From an uncultured Candidatus Saccharibacteria bacterium (GTDB taxonomy: Bacteria; Patescibacteriota; Minisyncoccia; Phycocordibacterales; CAIZLB01), in NCBI GenBank assembly GCA_964627085.1, contig CAZVIP010000002.1, forward strand, positions 85,151 to 149,150: DNA of 64,000 nt. The letters are read 5' to 3'. Made by a program: the position numbers and the translations under genes. Each line of letters begins with the position of its first letter. The stretch's first letter is position 1. This document shows positions 37,269 to 49,148 of the stretch, piece after piece. A model generated the notes under the pieces. It made no database searches, was not told where the DNA came from, and worked only from the letters and a program-made list of their open reading frames with translations.

Positions 37269-38210
37269 ATGATTGAAAAAATACTCAGATCGATATTAGG
37301 AGGAGTCTTCGGAGCTGCGGTCGGGGTTATATTGATGAAACTCAATATTCCAGGACTCAGCGAGGATCTATGTTCATCAGTCATCATACTTATGGTCACT
37401 CTTGGTGTATTTGTCAGTATTGCAATTGCTGAGACAAATGAAGCAGAGACACTTATCCGAAACAATAAACTTCGCGATGAAACCGTCGCACTCATCACCC
37501 ATGAGATGCGCACAGGTCTCACTTCGACAAGTTGGGCCATTGAGCGTGTGATTAAAAACTATGGCAATGTCATGTCAAAAGAAGACAATGATTTGCTTGG
37601 TGAAATAATCAAATCAATCAAAGGTATTGTCCTCCACTCAGTCAACCTACTTGATGTCAGCATGCTTGATATTGGTAAACTCAAAATTTCACTTGAGGAA
37701 GTTCCGCTCGAAAAATTGGAGACGCTTTATACAGAAATTGTCGACAAATATACTCTAGGTGCGGAAAAACACGGTATCAACTTCATTACTCATATCAAAC
37801 TCGATCATGATAAAAAAGTTGAAGTCGATATGCTCCGCCTACGAATCATTATCGAAAACCTTCTTGAAAATGCTATTCAGTACACTACTCTCGCCACAAA
37901 AGAAATCGAACTTGATATTCAAAATGTTGAGAACGAATTGCAAATTAAAGTGAGAGATAGTGGAATCGGAATTCCTGAATCTGAAAAAGCGAATATCTTT
38001 GGCGAATTCTTCCGCGCAACAAATGCACGAAAAGAACTTTCTGCCGGAAGCGGAATCGGTCTTTATACAACACAACAATATGTCAAAGCCCACCGAGGTT
38101 CAATTCGTTTTGAATCAATCGAAGGCCAAGGCACCACATTCTTTGTTACTATTCCTCTCAAAACAGTTGCGGATGTAAATGGCTTTGTTGCAAGTATTAA
38201 CAAGATATAG
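37269..38210 (+). CDS. Sensor histidine kinase
   Basis: LITHEMRTGL is the HisKA H-box. IENLLENAIQYT, RDSGIGIPE and GSGIGLY are the N, G1 and G2 boxes. Confidence 0.75.
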   Translation: MIEKILRSILGGVFGAAVGVILMKLNIPGLSEDLCSSVIILMVTLGVFVSIAIAETNEAETLIRNNKLRDETVALITHEMRTGLTSTSWAIERVIKNYGNVMSKEDNDLLGEIIKSIKGIVLHSVNLLDVSMLDIGKLKISLEEVPLEKLETLYTEIVDKYTLGAEKHGINFITHIKLDHDKKVEVDMLRLRIIIENLLENAIQYTTLATKEIELDIQNVENELQIKVRDSGIGIPESEKANIFGEFFRATNARKELSAGSGIGLYTTQQYVKAHRGSIRFESIEGQGTTFFVTIPLKTVADVNGFVASINKI

Positions 38211-39072
38211 AAAGACCAATCAGATATTCATGGTTCCCATCTCCCCCATCAATTTGGGAAGGAATCACATCAAACACTCTGTAACCTTCATCGGTGCAGA
38301 GTGTTTTGATTTTCTGTATCGAAGCTTCTGTCGCTTCAGGACTTGTGACAATGCCTTGCTTGTTGAGGTTCACTTGCCCCACTTCAAATTGTGGTTTGAT
38401 AAGTAGGATGCAGTATATTTCCCTTTTAGGTTTTGTGTCGGTTGGTGTATTTATGTTTGTACCTGTTGGTACATCAGTGTTCTTGTCAGTGCGCGCGCTT
38501 ATGCCCGCTGTACTCTGCCCAGCATTTTTCGCAATATGAGTAATAACAGGAATTATTTTGGACAAAGAGATAAACGACACATCACAAACTATATATTCAA
38601 TATATTCATCTTCACCTATTGCACCTTGATACAATTTGTTCTCGGCAAAATCTCGAATATCTGTCTGTTCATAGACATGGACTTTTGCATTCTCGCGAAG
38701 TTCAGCGTCTAGTTGCCCACTCCCTACATCAACCGCAAATACTTGTTTGGCTCCGGCTTGCAAGAGACATTGTGTAAACCCACCAGTTGATGAACCAATG
38801 TCGAGGCATATTTTATTTTTTGGATCAAAGCACGTATCCATCTGCACAAAGTGCGCTATCGCACCTTCGAGTTTAAGACCTGCTCTACTGACAAAACGTG
38901 TAATTTTGTTTTCTTGGATTTCTACAAATGACTCGTCCGCAGGTGAAATTTGTTTGTCGGATTTTGTGATGACTTTGCCGTGGAGTGTGACAGCGCCTGC
39001 CTTGATGAGACGGGCCGCGAGAGTACGGCTTCTTTGGCCTCTTTTTTCAAATAAAAATACATCGAGTCGCAT
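38197..39072 (-). CDS. tlyA: TlyA-family rRNA 2'-O-methyltransferase (S4 domain plus FtsJ-like methyltransferase)
   Basis: The start MRLDVFLFEKRGQRSRTLAARLIKAG is at the ATG at 39070-39072 and is S4-like. CLDIGSSTGGFTQCLLQAGAKQVFAVDVG is the SAM-binding motif. The longer ORF given in the track, extending to 39303, runs into noncoding sequence. Confidence 0.75.
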   Translation of the reverse strand: MRLDVFLFEKRGQRSRTLAARLIKAGAVTLHGKVITKSDKQISPADESFVEIQENKITRFVSRAGLKLEGAIAHFVQMDTCFDPKNKICLDIGSSTGGFTQCLLQAGAKQVFAVDVGSGQLDAELRENAKVHVYEQTDIRDFAENKLYQGAIGEDEYIEYIVCDVSFISLSKIIPVITHIAKNAGQSTAGISARTDKNTDVPTGTNINTPTDTKPKREIYCILLIKPQFEVGQVNLNKQGIVTSPEATEASIQKIKTLCTDEGYRVFDVIPSQIDGGDGNHEYLIGLSISC

Positions 39073-39169
39073 ATGTGAAATATAGTATATGAATATCAAA
39101 AATAGACAATAAAGTGAGATGAAATTAAGCCAAGGGTGAGCACAGGGTGAATGAAAATGAGATAAAAAT

Positions 39170-39202
39170 GTGAAATAAAAAAAGCCGGCTATGCACCAGC
39201 TG
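39170..39202 (-). terminator. Minus-strand intrinsic terminator: AGCUGG-ugcauag-CCGGCU followed by UUUUUUUAUUU
   Basis: A 6 bp stem (with one G-U pair) followed by a U7 run. It would end a minus-strand transcript coming from the GC-rich region upstream of tlyA. Confidence 0.5.
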
Positions 39203-39960
39203 AAATTCATCTTTAACCAATCCCTCGTACAAGGTCCTTCCACGTAAGGACCCCAGATATAATACAGAGTGCAACTCAGGCGCTCACACGATTTCCCACG
39301 CATAGCACCGAGACAAAAGCGTTCTCTATATTATATCAACTCATGTACCAGTGTGAGTCTCACGTTTTGTTCGTTCCACTTTTGATGGGGTACGACTTGA
39401 TTTCCACACCTCTTGGAAAACCTATTGTATATGGATACCCTGGCAGTTTATTGCCATGCACCCTCTTGAACTTTCAGGACTTTCTCCTGCGCATGATTTG
39501 TTTTGTGCACGTAAATCATGTACGCATTTAAAAATACTGGGAGAGACAGATTACATGTATCACCTGAATGTGCTCGCGAAGTGCGAGTATTATTACAAGT
39601 GGCAATAAATAAAATGTCAGCTTCGGCAGGTGTCAATTTGCCTTTTTCGCCAGTGCAGAGTGGTCCCTGCATCAGTGAGGTAAAAAACTACCTCAAATTC
39701 AATCGGTGGAATGCGCATTTCTGCTCCGACTCGCCGCTAACTATGCGGCCTGAATGGGCGGTTGTTTGTGCTCTTCGGGAAAGGTGAACACAACTTAATT
39801 TCACAAGGCGATTCGTGGTACCGCCTGGATGGATGCCCAAAAGTGCATCCCTCTCTATTAATATGTATATACAATGTGAAGTCGGGCCTCCGAAATTCCG
39901 TTTCGGTGTACTGATCTACTCCGCTCAAAAGGATATCAAGACCTGACTACATGTCAATCA
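39203..39960 (-). ncRNA. GC-rich, hairpin-dense ~0.75 kb noncoding region, a candidate structured ncRNA or ncRNAs. Its class is unresolved: it resembles RNase P RNA only weakly and the 3' end is not tmRNA-like.
   Basis: The intergenic gap between tlyA and eno is about 1 kb, which is exceptional for this genome. Multiple perfect hairpins are present: GGUCCUU..AAGGACC, CUCGC-GAAGU-GCGAG, CCGAAA-UUCCG-UUUCGG and GAGGUA..UACCUC. The minus strand contains GGAGAAAGUCC (similar to the RNase P P4 5' strand) and GUGGGAAAUCGUGUGAGCGCC, but a consistent P4 or P1 pairing could not be verified by eye. Confidence 0.25.
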
Positions 39961-40080
39961 ATTTACCGATTTATTTTATAGGACACTTTTTATAAGGTAC
40001 TTCAAACATATACACGATATACCTAGATACGATATAGCCTATGTTTTTCTTTATGGTACAATCTCACCTGTAACTTATAA

Positions 40081-41547
<1,467 letters not shown>

Positions 41548-41584
41548 TTCAGATTTGTAAAAGTATAAAAAAGTAAAAGTGATA

Positions 41585-41616
41585 AACGCGCGGTCCGTGA
41601 GGACCGCGCGTTTTAC
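41585..41616 (+). terminator. Intrinsic terminator: cgcgcggtcc-gtga-ggaccgcgcg followed by tttta
   Basis: A 10 bp perfect GC stem with a GNRA-like loop, directly after the eno stop codon. Confidence 0.7.
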
Positions 41617-41660
41617 GTTGGTGATTAACCAAGAGCTGTAGTTTGTCTTCAGGGCAGCTT

Positions 41661-41924
41661 TTAGCAATTTGTCCTGATTGGCAAAGCACTTGTCCCTCGG
41701 TCATGGTTACAACGACGAGATCCAAGGATTTTTTCCCCATGATCCGGTGAGTAGTCCATACGCCTTGGGATTCTGTTTGGTGTGCAGATGCCACCAGCGT
41801 CGCAAACTTGCACGATTTGGAAATCGGTTTTATTTAGTCTGCGACACACAATTTCCTTGGACCCAAGAACCATCTCTGAGGTAATCAGAGCAGACCTCGA
41901 GGCCCTGACTTTCTTAGGGACCAT
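41661..41924 (-). CDS. Small (87 aa) Cys-containing basic protein with a strong Shine-Dalgarno sequence, inside a GC-rich intergenic island
   Basis: AAGGAGGAG lies 7 nt upstream of ATG (MVPKKVRASRSALITSEMVLGSKEIVCRRLNKTDFQIVQVCDAGGICTPNRIPRRMDY...). It has 5 Cys. No homology was recognised. Confidence 0.35.
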   Translation of the reverse strand: MVPKKVRASRSALITSEMVLGSKEIVCRRLNKTDFQIVQVCDAGGICTPNRIPRRMDYSPDHGEKILGSRRCNHDRGTSALPIRTNC

Positions 41925-42307
41925 TACACCCTTCTCCTCCTTGAACAAGGTCACTTTGTGATGCCACGGGTCACCTTTTACTGGTTTATCCGAGGCAGTC
42001 CCGCGGTAGTGATTTTGCGGGAGAGCAGGTGCCTGCCCTGGGTTTGATTTTTCACTTATATCCATTTGATTGGATTTTTGTTTTGTTGTTGGAACGAACT
42101 ATTGCCGAGCGGTTTGCCGGCGGTATTGAAACTGAGTGTGTACTCAGGCAAAACGACAGGTCTTGCTCAAATACTATGCATCAATGATTGAAATAAGTCA
42201 AATGGACTGTATCTGGCTCGATGTCCTGGAACCTGAAAACACAGGGAGCGAGAAGACTTCATAATTTACCCCTACCCTCTTTTTCATATATAGGATAAAA
42301 TTGCCAC

Positions 42308-44002
42308 ATGAAAAATGTGAATGATACAAATATAAGTACTACAAATATGACTGATACAACAAATGGCGAAATCTCAGGTGCATCAATGCATGCATCACAC
42401 AATATACAAACTGGTGTCATCGTTCTCGATGGTTGGGGCTACAGAGAAGACACCACACATAATGCCGTGCAAGCAGCAAAGACTCCGAATTTTGACAAAT
42501 ATTGGAACTCTTTTCCTCATACACTTCTCGAAGCCAGTGGACTTGCGGTTGGGCTTCCAGAAGGTCAAATGGGAAATAGTGAAATCGGCCACACAACTAT
42601 TGGTGCCGGCAAAGCAATCGACACCGATTTGGTTCGAATCAAAAAAGCTATCGAAGCTGATGAATTTGTAACCAATCCTGCTTTTGTGACTTTGTTTAAT
42701 CATGTAAAAAAACATGACTCAACTATTCATGTCAAAGGTTTGCTCGGACACGGTGGCGTTCATGCTCACAGTGATCACCTCATCGCATTTTTGAAAGCTG
42801 CAAAAAAAGTTGGTATTGAAAAAGTTGCCATCCATGTTTTCACTGATGGTAGAGACACTGCTCCTCAAAGTGCCGCTGAATATCTCGAAGAAATCGAACA
42901 TGCACTCCATGAAATCGGCGTTGGATATATCGCTACAGCATCTGGAAGATTTTATGCTATGGACAGAGACAATAACTGGGACAGACTCGAAAAAGCTGAA
43001 TCAGCAATGTATGAATGCAAAGGAAATGTTTGTCATATAAACAAAGACGCACAAAAGCCATCTGAATATATTAAGAAATTGCATTGTGAAGGAATACTCG
43101 ATGAACACATCGAGCCGATCGTATTCTTGGATGAAAATGGAAAATCATATCCAGTGCAAAAAGATGACGGTGTATTCTTCTTTAATTTCAGAGCGGATCG
43201 TGCGCGCATGCTCGCAAAGAATATTGCACAAAAAGCCAAGGACAATAACTGGTGTTTCGTGACGCTCACTGAATATCAAAAAGATCTTGAATGTGAAGTC
43301 GCATTCCCTTCTGTGCACATCGAGACAACTCTTGCAAAAGAAATTGCAGGCGCAGGACTTACTCAGTCTCACCTTGCCGAAACAGAGAAATTTCCGCATG
43401 CTACATATTTCCTAAATGGTGGCGTTGAAACTCCTTACCCTGGAGAAAAACATATCATGCTCGACAGTCGCAAAGACGTCAAAACTCATGACCAAGCACC
43501 GAAGATGCGCGCTGAAAGTATTGCTGACAAAGCTATCGAGGAAATCAATTCCGGCGTGAATTTCATCTTTATCAACTTTGCAAACCCAGACATGGTTGGA
43601 CACACAGCAAATGTTCCTGCCCTCATCGAAGCCATCGAAGAAGTCGACACACAACTTGGTCGCGTAGTTGATGCAATGCAAAAGCAAGGTGAAGTGAGTA
43701 GCAACAAGGTTTCGCTATTTGTTACAGCAGATCACGGCAACGCTGAAGTTAACATTGACCCTATCACAGGAGAAAAGCATACTGCCCACACAATTAACCC
43801 TGTCCCTGCTATTCTCATTTCAAATAATAATCTCAAATTAGGTGGCGGTCTTGTGAAAGATGGCGTTGCAGTAACGCAAGGCGAAGGCACTGAGACTGAC
43901 CCTCAAGTATCTGGCACACTCGCCGATATCGCTCCAACAATTCTCAACATTCTTGAAGTCAAAAAACCTGTATCCATGACAGGAAAAAGTTTACTCGGTT
44001 AA
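42308..44002 (+). CDS. gpmI: 2,3-bisphosphoglycerate-independent phosphoglycerate mutase
   Basis: VIVLDGWGYRED...NSEIGHTTIGAG...ADHGNAE are the iPGM metal-binding and catalytic Ser motifs. There is a ~35 aa N-terminal extension. Confidence 0.9.
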   Translation: MKNVNDTNISTTNMTDTTNGEISGASMHASHNIQTGVIVLDGWGYREDTTHNAVQAAKTPNFDKYWNSFPHTLLEASGLAVGLPEGQMGNSEIGHTTIGAGKAIDTDLVRIKKAIEADEFVTNPAFVTLFNHVKKHDSTIHVKGLLGHGGVHAHSDHLIAFLKAAKKVGIEKVAIHVFTDGRDTAPQSAAEYLEEIEHALHEIGVGYIATASGRFYAMDRDNNWDRLEKAESAMYECKGNVCHINKDAQKPSEYIKKLHCEGILDEHIEPIVFLDENGKSYPVQKDDGVFFFNFRADRARMLAKNIAQKAKDNNWCFVTLTEYQKDLECEVAFPSVHIETTLAKEIAGAGLTQSHLAETEKFPHATYFLNGGVETPYPGEKHIMLDSRKDVKTHDQAPKMRAESIADKAIEEINSGVNFIFINFANPDMVGHTANVPALIEAIEEVDTQLGRVVDAMQKQGEVSSNKVSLFVTADHGNAEVNIDPITGEKHTAHTINPVPAILISNNNLKLGGGLVKDGVAVTQGEGTETDPQVSGTLADIAPTILNILEVKKPVSMTGKSLLG

Positions 44003-44020
44003 TCTGAAATTAACTTTAAA

Positions 44021-44767
44021 TTAATAGTGACTACTGAAACTCGAATGAGCACTCGCCTCTTGTTCGAGTTTTTTGATTTCCTGTTCTAGGCGTGCGTTCT
44101 CGGCAGTGAGACGCTTCACTTCATTTTCTTCTGTCATCTTCTTTGTACTCAAAATTGTATAACTGCGCTTTCTGGCATCGAGCTCTTTTTCCTTATACAT
44201 TTTATTACTTTTTTCATGACCAGATTCTGACTGCAATTTAGTTGCATCGTTAGTGAGGTGTGCAATTTTGACACTGAGGTGTTCAATGGCTTGATCTGTT
44301 GTGCGTACGAGTTCTTTCTCTCTTGTGATTTTTAATTCAAGCGCTTTTATTTCCTGCTCGTAGTGATATAGCTCTTTGTTTTCTTTATCAATTTGCAATC
44401 GACTGCGCTCGACATCTTCTTTATGCTTTGAAATTTCAAAAAGCATATCATTGTGTTTTGTGTAGAGTGATGCAATTTTTTCATCCTGCTCTTTCATTTC
44501 TCTCTCGGTCTCATGAACAAGAGCTTCTGATCTGACGAGTTCAGAGTTGAGGCGTCTAAGTTCTGTTTGTCTATGTGAAATCTCAATTTTATTTCTATCA
44601 AGGAGGCGCTTCTTTTCGACGAGAGATGTTTTTGCTCGTTCCTGGTCTTGTTTGTCTTTGAGCTCTTTGATATGAGCAAGACGCATACGCTCCGATAGCG
44701 CACCTTCATCCCTGACTGCAGTTTTTAAACCACTTAAACCTCCATTTTTATAAGATCCAAATACCAT
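44021..44767 (-). CDS. Coiled-coil protein (hypothetical)
   Basis: 248 aa, almost entirely heptad-like E/K/R/L-rich sequence. Confidence 0.45.
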   Translation of the reverse strand: MVFGSYKNGGLSGLKTAVRDEGALSERMRLAHIKELKDKQDQERAKTSLVEKKRLLDRNKIEISHRQTELRRLNSELVRSEALVHETEREMKEQDEKIASLYTKHNDMLFEISKHKEDVERSRLQIDKENKELYHYEQEIKALELKITREKELVRTTDQAIEHLSVKIAHLTNDATKLQSESGHEKSNKMYKEKELDARKRSYTILSTKKMTEENEVKRLTAENARLEQEIKKLEQEASAHSSFSSHY

Positions 44768-44800
44768 GTGTGTATTATAGCAAATTGGGAGCGTGGGTTG

Positions 44801-45325
44801 TTAATTGCGATACACATTCGGATACTGACCAAAGACAATGTGCCATTTTGAAATCTGGAGTTTCCCGAACCCTGCATCATCGAGCGCAAATTGCAGTGTT
44901 GATGTACCAAATGTTTCTATTGATATTATTGGTTTTCCGAAGCAATCGAGTGTATTTGCACTCTCTGGTATTTCACATGTTACTTTTTTGTTTTTAAGGC
45001 TGAAAATGATTTTGTCATTTGTGCCACCTCCGGCCGCCGTAACACTACCCCCACCAGTCGCACTGTTGTGATTTCCGCTCGCCACCTCCACAGATTCAGA
45101 CATTCGATACAGAGAGTCTAGATACAAAGATGCAAACAATAGCTGTTTGTAGTTCTGATGGTCATTGTTATCTTTTTTTAAATTATGCAGGACAGGTGTA
45201 AAAATGCGCGTACTGATAACAATAAGGACAGACAGAATGGCGAGCGAAACAATGAGCTCAACAATTGTGACTCCTGCACTTATATTAGTTTTTATTTCTT
45301 TTTTTGTTTTTCGATTAATGTGCAT
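44801..45325 (-). CDS. Type IV pilin/pseudopilin-like protein
   Basis: The N-terminus GVTIVELIVSLAILSVLIV is a prepilin-type cleavage/methylation helix. Confidence 0.6.
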   Translation of the reverse strand: MHINRKTKKEIKTNISAGVTIVELIVSLAILSVLIVISTRIFTPVLHNLKKDNNDHQNYKQLLFASLYLDSLYRMSESVEVASGNHNSATGGGSVTAAGGGTNDKIIFSLKNKKVTCEIPESANTLDCFGKPIISIETFGTSTLQFALDDAGFGKLQISKWHIVFGQYPNVYRN

Positions 45326-45385
45326 TTTTTCTTTGCTTATTTACCTTTTGTTTTTTACCTACATTGATCAATCCCAGCACACAGA

Positions 45386-46954
45386 CTATGTACTTGTTAG
45401 ATATAGCATCGATGTCGTCGTCCCCTCCTCGACACCATAGAGCGCATCAGGCGTACAATCAAAATCACTCAATATATTTTTTGTTTCAATGGTCAAAATT
45501 GGCGCAAGCGAAAATGTGATGTCTTGGATGTTTTTCTTTCCAAATAATATATTGGAGGAAAGAGATTCCCCGACAGATTTTTGACCAGCACCACCAGAGA
45601 TGTCATTCACAGTCTTCTTATAGATGATGAGAGAACTAGCAATATTATTTGTCATGGCTATGATGTATTTACCGCCTAACACCGCCATGATTTTAGTAAT
45701 ACTTTTATTTGGGTTTGCGCTGTATTGCTGATTTATATCTGTGTTTACATATGCACTCGAACTTGTAGGAGAAGCATTATTGTTAATTTGAACGCCAATC
45801 AATTCACTATTTCCCAGTGTTCGTCCAAGCAAAAGGCTTTTGTAAAAGACTGCCAGTGACTTCCCGTTTCCACTTGAACCTTCGGCATCAAAGCTGGTGA
45901 CACCAGACGAAATACCTCTGTCCCAGATTTCAACTTCAGGATCTTTTGCAGATACAGTAAATAGATGGGTGAAATTAAAATCAATATCACTCACACCCGC
46001 AGAGATCTCTGTACTACTTACATGTATGTCCCCGAGTATATTTGGCGTGCCCAATTGATTGTATATATTCGGTGTAAATGTTCCCAGATCCAATGAATAC
46101 AGTTCATCGCCTACATTTTTCTCGGCACCGATATATAGGTTTTTACCGTCTGTTTTGACAACTTTTGGCAGGGAGTGATTAATTGTCGATGAAGCCACGA
46201 GAATTCGGCCAATGTTTTTCTCGGAAAAACGTGAGGTCGGATCTGTCTTTAAAATCCAAATCGGAGAAGTATAACTGCGCTCAATAGCAAACAGTGTATC
46301 CTTGAACACCGCTGCATCAATGACACCAGGACCCAAAAATAGTTCCTGATTTTTCTGGAAGCTAGATGTAGAGATATTTTGCGCATTGTCTAAATACGCT
46401 TGCTGAGGCGGACGGTGCAGATTTTGTGTGAAAATATACATGTCAGGGTCTGTTGTTGATGCACTGTTTGTGCCTATATATAAATCATTCGTGTCAATAT
46501 ATGACCTTACATCTATTGTTGTCGGCAAATTTCGCGAATGATTAATTAAATCTATTTCATTTTTTTGAACTGAAATTTGATCGTTGTTTTTTGTGCTTAG
46601 TTTTTGAAAAAACAAATCACATGATTTTCGACCTGGTTGTAGGTTTATATACCCTACACTTTTTGTGGGATATATTTGCCCACCACCATATGGCGACACC
46701 TTCCTCAGGATATCGACTGTATTGTCCTTGTTGGTGGTCTTATGTATGAAAGCATCTATATCACTATGCGAAATCAAAAATGCAGACATAGGCAAAATAA
46801 CAAAAGCACATATAGCCAGAGTCGCGAGCAATTCAATCAAGATAAAACCTCGCGAACTATGGTTGCGACTGTATATCGAAAAACCATTCTGTCTTTTGCT
46901 TTGTGTGAGGATAGTTTTGTTCAGCATTATTTTTGCGAGATTTAATTTAAACAA
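45386..46954 (-). CDS. Large pilin-like protein (possible minor pilin or tip adhesin)
   Basis: The N-terminus SRGFILIELLATLAICAFVIL is a prepilin-like helix, followed by a 450 aa Ser/Thr/Asn-rich domain. Confidence 0.5.
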   Translation of the reverse strand: MFKLNLAKIMLNKTILTQSKRQNGFSIYSRNHSSRGFILIELLATLAICAFVILPMSAFLISHSDIDAFIHKTTNKDNTVDILRKVSPYGGGQIYPTKSVGYINLQPGRKSCDLFFQKLSTKNNDQISVQKNEIDLINHSRNLPTTIDVRSYIDTNDLYIGTNSASTTDPDMYIFTQNLHRPPQQAYLDNAQNISTSSFQKNQELFLGPGVIDAAVFKDTLFAIERSYTSPIWILKTDPTSRFSEKNIGRILVASSTINHSLPKVVKTDGKNLYIGAEKNVGDELYSLDLGTFTPNIYNQLGTPNILGDIHVSSTEISAGVSDIDFNFTHLFTVSAKDPEVEIWDRGISSGVTSFDAEGSSGNGKSLAVFYKSLLLGRTLGNSELIGVQINNNASPTSSSAYVNTDINQQYSANPNKSITKIMAVLGGKYIIAMTNNIASSLIIYKKTVNDISGGAGQKSVGESLSSNILFGKKNIQDITFSLAPILTIETKNILSDFDCTPDALYGVEEGTTTSMLYLTST

Positions 46955-46955
46955 T

Positions 46956-48026
46956 TTAATTTAGTTGATTCATAATCCCGTACAGTGGCGACAATATTCC
47001 ATAAGCCAAAATACCGACCAACAAACCAATGATGACCATAAGCACAGGCTCTGATATCTTTATCAAAAAGTTAATTTGATTGGAAAGTATGGTTTTATAG
47101 TAGCCACAAAGATCAGCAAACATTTTATTGTAAGTCGACGACTTCTCTGCTGTCTTTGCATATATTACCCATATCTCAGGCAGATTCTCGGCACTAATAA
47201 TCGCAGCAGAGAGATTGTTTCCCTCCTCGATTTGGTTGGCTATAAAATTGAATTTATTTTTAAAGTGAAGCGATCCTGAATCTGCAGCCACCCTCCTAAA
47301 AGACAAAGGTAGGTTGTGCGTATATTCTATGTGTAAATACAGTACAGAGACATAGTTTGCACACAAATAATTTATATAAAAATTTTTAATTTTTGGTATC
47401 TTCAAAATCAAATTTTCAAGCCAAGCTTGTACCCTGGCATCGCTTAAGGAAAAAAATACCCCAATTAATAAGAGCATATGAATAAAAAGCACCCACATAC
47501 CATGCGAACGCAGAATATGCGAACCAAATACCAAGGCCTTTGTAATCAAGCCACTCTCAGTACCTCCTGCAATGACAGGTAAAATATTTGGTATCACAAA
47601 GAATAAGACAAGTAATAACAAAACACTTGCTATGCACATAACAATGATTGGATAAATGGCAATTGTTACAATAGATGCCGTACGCGACTTTGATTCATCC
47701 AAAAGCCCGGCAATATGGTTGAGCACATGCGGTATTTTTCCAACCTTCTCTGCAGATATTATTAAGTCTAAATTTCCAGACCTCCGTGACAGATCGCTCA
47801 GTTCAAGCGCTTGTGAAAAATTCGCACCCCCGGCAAATCGATCGATGATTTTGGAATATGTATTTTTACCAAGACTTGTAAATGAATCTACAGGTGAAAT
47901 ACCCGCAGAAATCATGGACGACAACAATCTTATGTGCTGAATATCAATTTTTATTTGCTTTTCCTTTACAGCATTACTATTTTTTTGAAATTTATTTAAT
48001 CTGAGAATATATTTTATCTTATTCAT
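46956..48026 (-). CDS. pilC: Type IV pilus/T2SS platform protein (PilC/GspF family)
   Basis: It has the GspF-type duplicated cytoplasmic domain architecture with 3 TM helices. The segment YPIIVMCIASVLLLLVLFFVIP is typical. Confidence 0.7.
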   Translation of the reverse strand: MNKIKYILRLNKFQKNSNAVKEKQIKIDIQHIRLLSSMISAGISPVDSFTSLGKNTYSKIIDRFAGGANFSQALELSDLSRRSGNLDLIISAEKVGKIPHVLNHIAGLLDESKSRTASIVTIAIYPIIVMCIASVLLLLVLFFVIPNILPVIAGGTESGLITKALVFGSHILRSHGMWVLFIHMLLLIGVFFSLSDARVQAWLENLILKIPKIKNFYINYLCANYVSVLYLHIEYTHNLPLSFRRVAADSGSLHFKNKFNFIANQIEEGNNLSAAIISAENLPEIWVIYAKTAEKSSTYNKMFADLCGYYKTILSNQINFLIKISEPVLMVIIGLLVGILAYGILSPLYGIMNQLN

Positions 48027-48080
48027 ACTCTATTTTGCCTTATTACTTTATATTGTTTATTCGACCAATCACTCACTCAA

Positions 48081-49148
48081 TTACCGCATATATTTATTCA
48101 TTTCCTCGCGAGATATATATCCATCATCATAGAGACTTTGTATCCTATCTTTGAGAAGCAAGACACCATTTGTGCGTATAGTTTCAGCGATGCTATATGA
48201 TTCCTTTGACATGAGTAATGTACTCTTGAGTTGCTTAGTAAATTCAATCATTTCAAAAACAACCTTTGAGCCTGACAAAGTCCTCACTTTGCGTTGCGAG
48301 ACAAGAAGTGCAATAACTGATGCACATGAACTCGAGCCAACTCCGAGCGCATGCAATCTATCTAGAATTTCAAGTGCGGAAGGTGCGTGGATGGTGGCCA
48401 GAACAAGGTGTCCAGTGAGCGCTGCCTGTACTGCAAGACTTGCGGTGTCACTATCACGAATTTCACCAATCATGATGACATCAGGATCCTGCCTCAAAAC
48501 CCCGCGTAGTGCAGCATTAAATCCAAAACCATATTCTGTTTGAACTTTTATCTGTCTAATACCTGGCATAATCACCTCTACTGGATCTTCGAGCGTGACT
48601 ATCACCCTATTGTCTCGGCCAATCTCTGAGAGGCATGAATACAGTGTTGTTGTTTTACCTGAGCCAGTCGGCCCCGAAACCAAGACTAAACCAGATTCGT
48701 ACAATAAAACTTTTTTTAATAAAGTGAGATCAGTAATATCAATCCCAAGTTTCTCAAGATCAAATACGGTTCGAGTGGTTGAGGTTACGAAAAGTCTACA
48801 CACTGCGTTTTCACCAAAAACAGTTGGCGCTGTTGCAGCCCTGACATGTGTTGTATACGCAAGATATTTAAATACAAAAGACCCGTCCTGACTCCTATCA
48901 GTTATATCCAGCCTCATATTTGCCAATACTTTAGTACGACCAACAAGACTTTGACACTCGGCATTTTGAACAAAAGTATGGTAAGCAGTATTCCCAGATA
49001 TACGCAGATATACCTCACTGCCACCCTCATATATATCTATATGTAAATCACTTGCTCGAAAATCTATTGCAATTTCGAATAATATATCAAGTTTCTCTTG
49101 AATGACTTCGCCAATTAAATTTGTATTTCTATGTTTACTTTTTTTCAC
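48081..49148 (-). CDS. GspE/PilB-type secretion ATPase (short form lacking the N-terminal domain)
   Basis: Walker A is LVSGPTGSGKTTTLYSCL. Walker B and Asp box are RQDPDVIMIGEIRD. The His box AALTGHLVLATIHA favours PilB/GspE over PilT. Confidence 0.7.
   Translation of the reverse strand: MKKSKHRNTNLIGEVIQEKLDILFEIAIDFRASDLHIDIYEGGSEVYLRISGNTAYHTFVQNAECQSLVGRTKVLANMRLDITDRSQDGSFVFKYLAYTTHVRAATAPTVFGENAVCRLFVTSTTRTVFDLEKLGIDITDLTLLKKVLLYESGLVLVSGPTGSGKTTTLYSCLSEIGRDNRVIVTLEDPVEVIMPGIRQIKVQTEYGFGFNAALRGVLRQDPDVIMIGEIRDSDTASLAVQAALTGHLVLATIHAPSALEILDRLHALGVGSSSCASVIALLVSQRKVRTLSGSKVVFEMIEFTKQLKSTLLMSKESYSIAETIRTNGVLLLKDRIQSLYDDGYISREEMNKYMR

Noticed and set aside
39200-39560. Calling RNase P RNA (rnpB) on the minus strand from the GGAGAAAGUCC and GUGGGAAAUCGUGUGAGCGCC motifs.
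   Set aside because: The putative P4 5' strand is itself sequestered in a local hairpin (CAGGA-GAAAG-UCCUG). No complementary P4 3' strand or P1 closure could be found. It is too uncertain to annotate as rnpB without a covariance-model scan.
39700-39760. A second tag-like frame (...AANYAA followed by TGA) in the tlyA-eno spacer, considered as an ssrA tag.
   Set aside because: No T-arm or acceptor-stem partner was found within 200 nt downstream on the + strand, and the stop is TGA rather than the usual TAA. It is mentioned only under the spacer finding.
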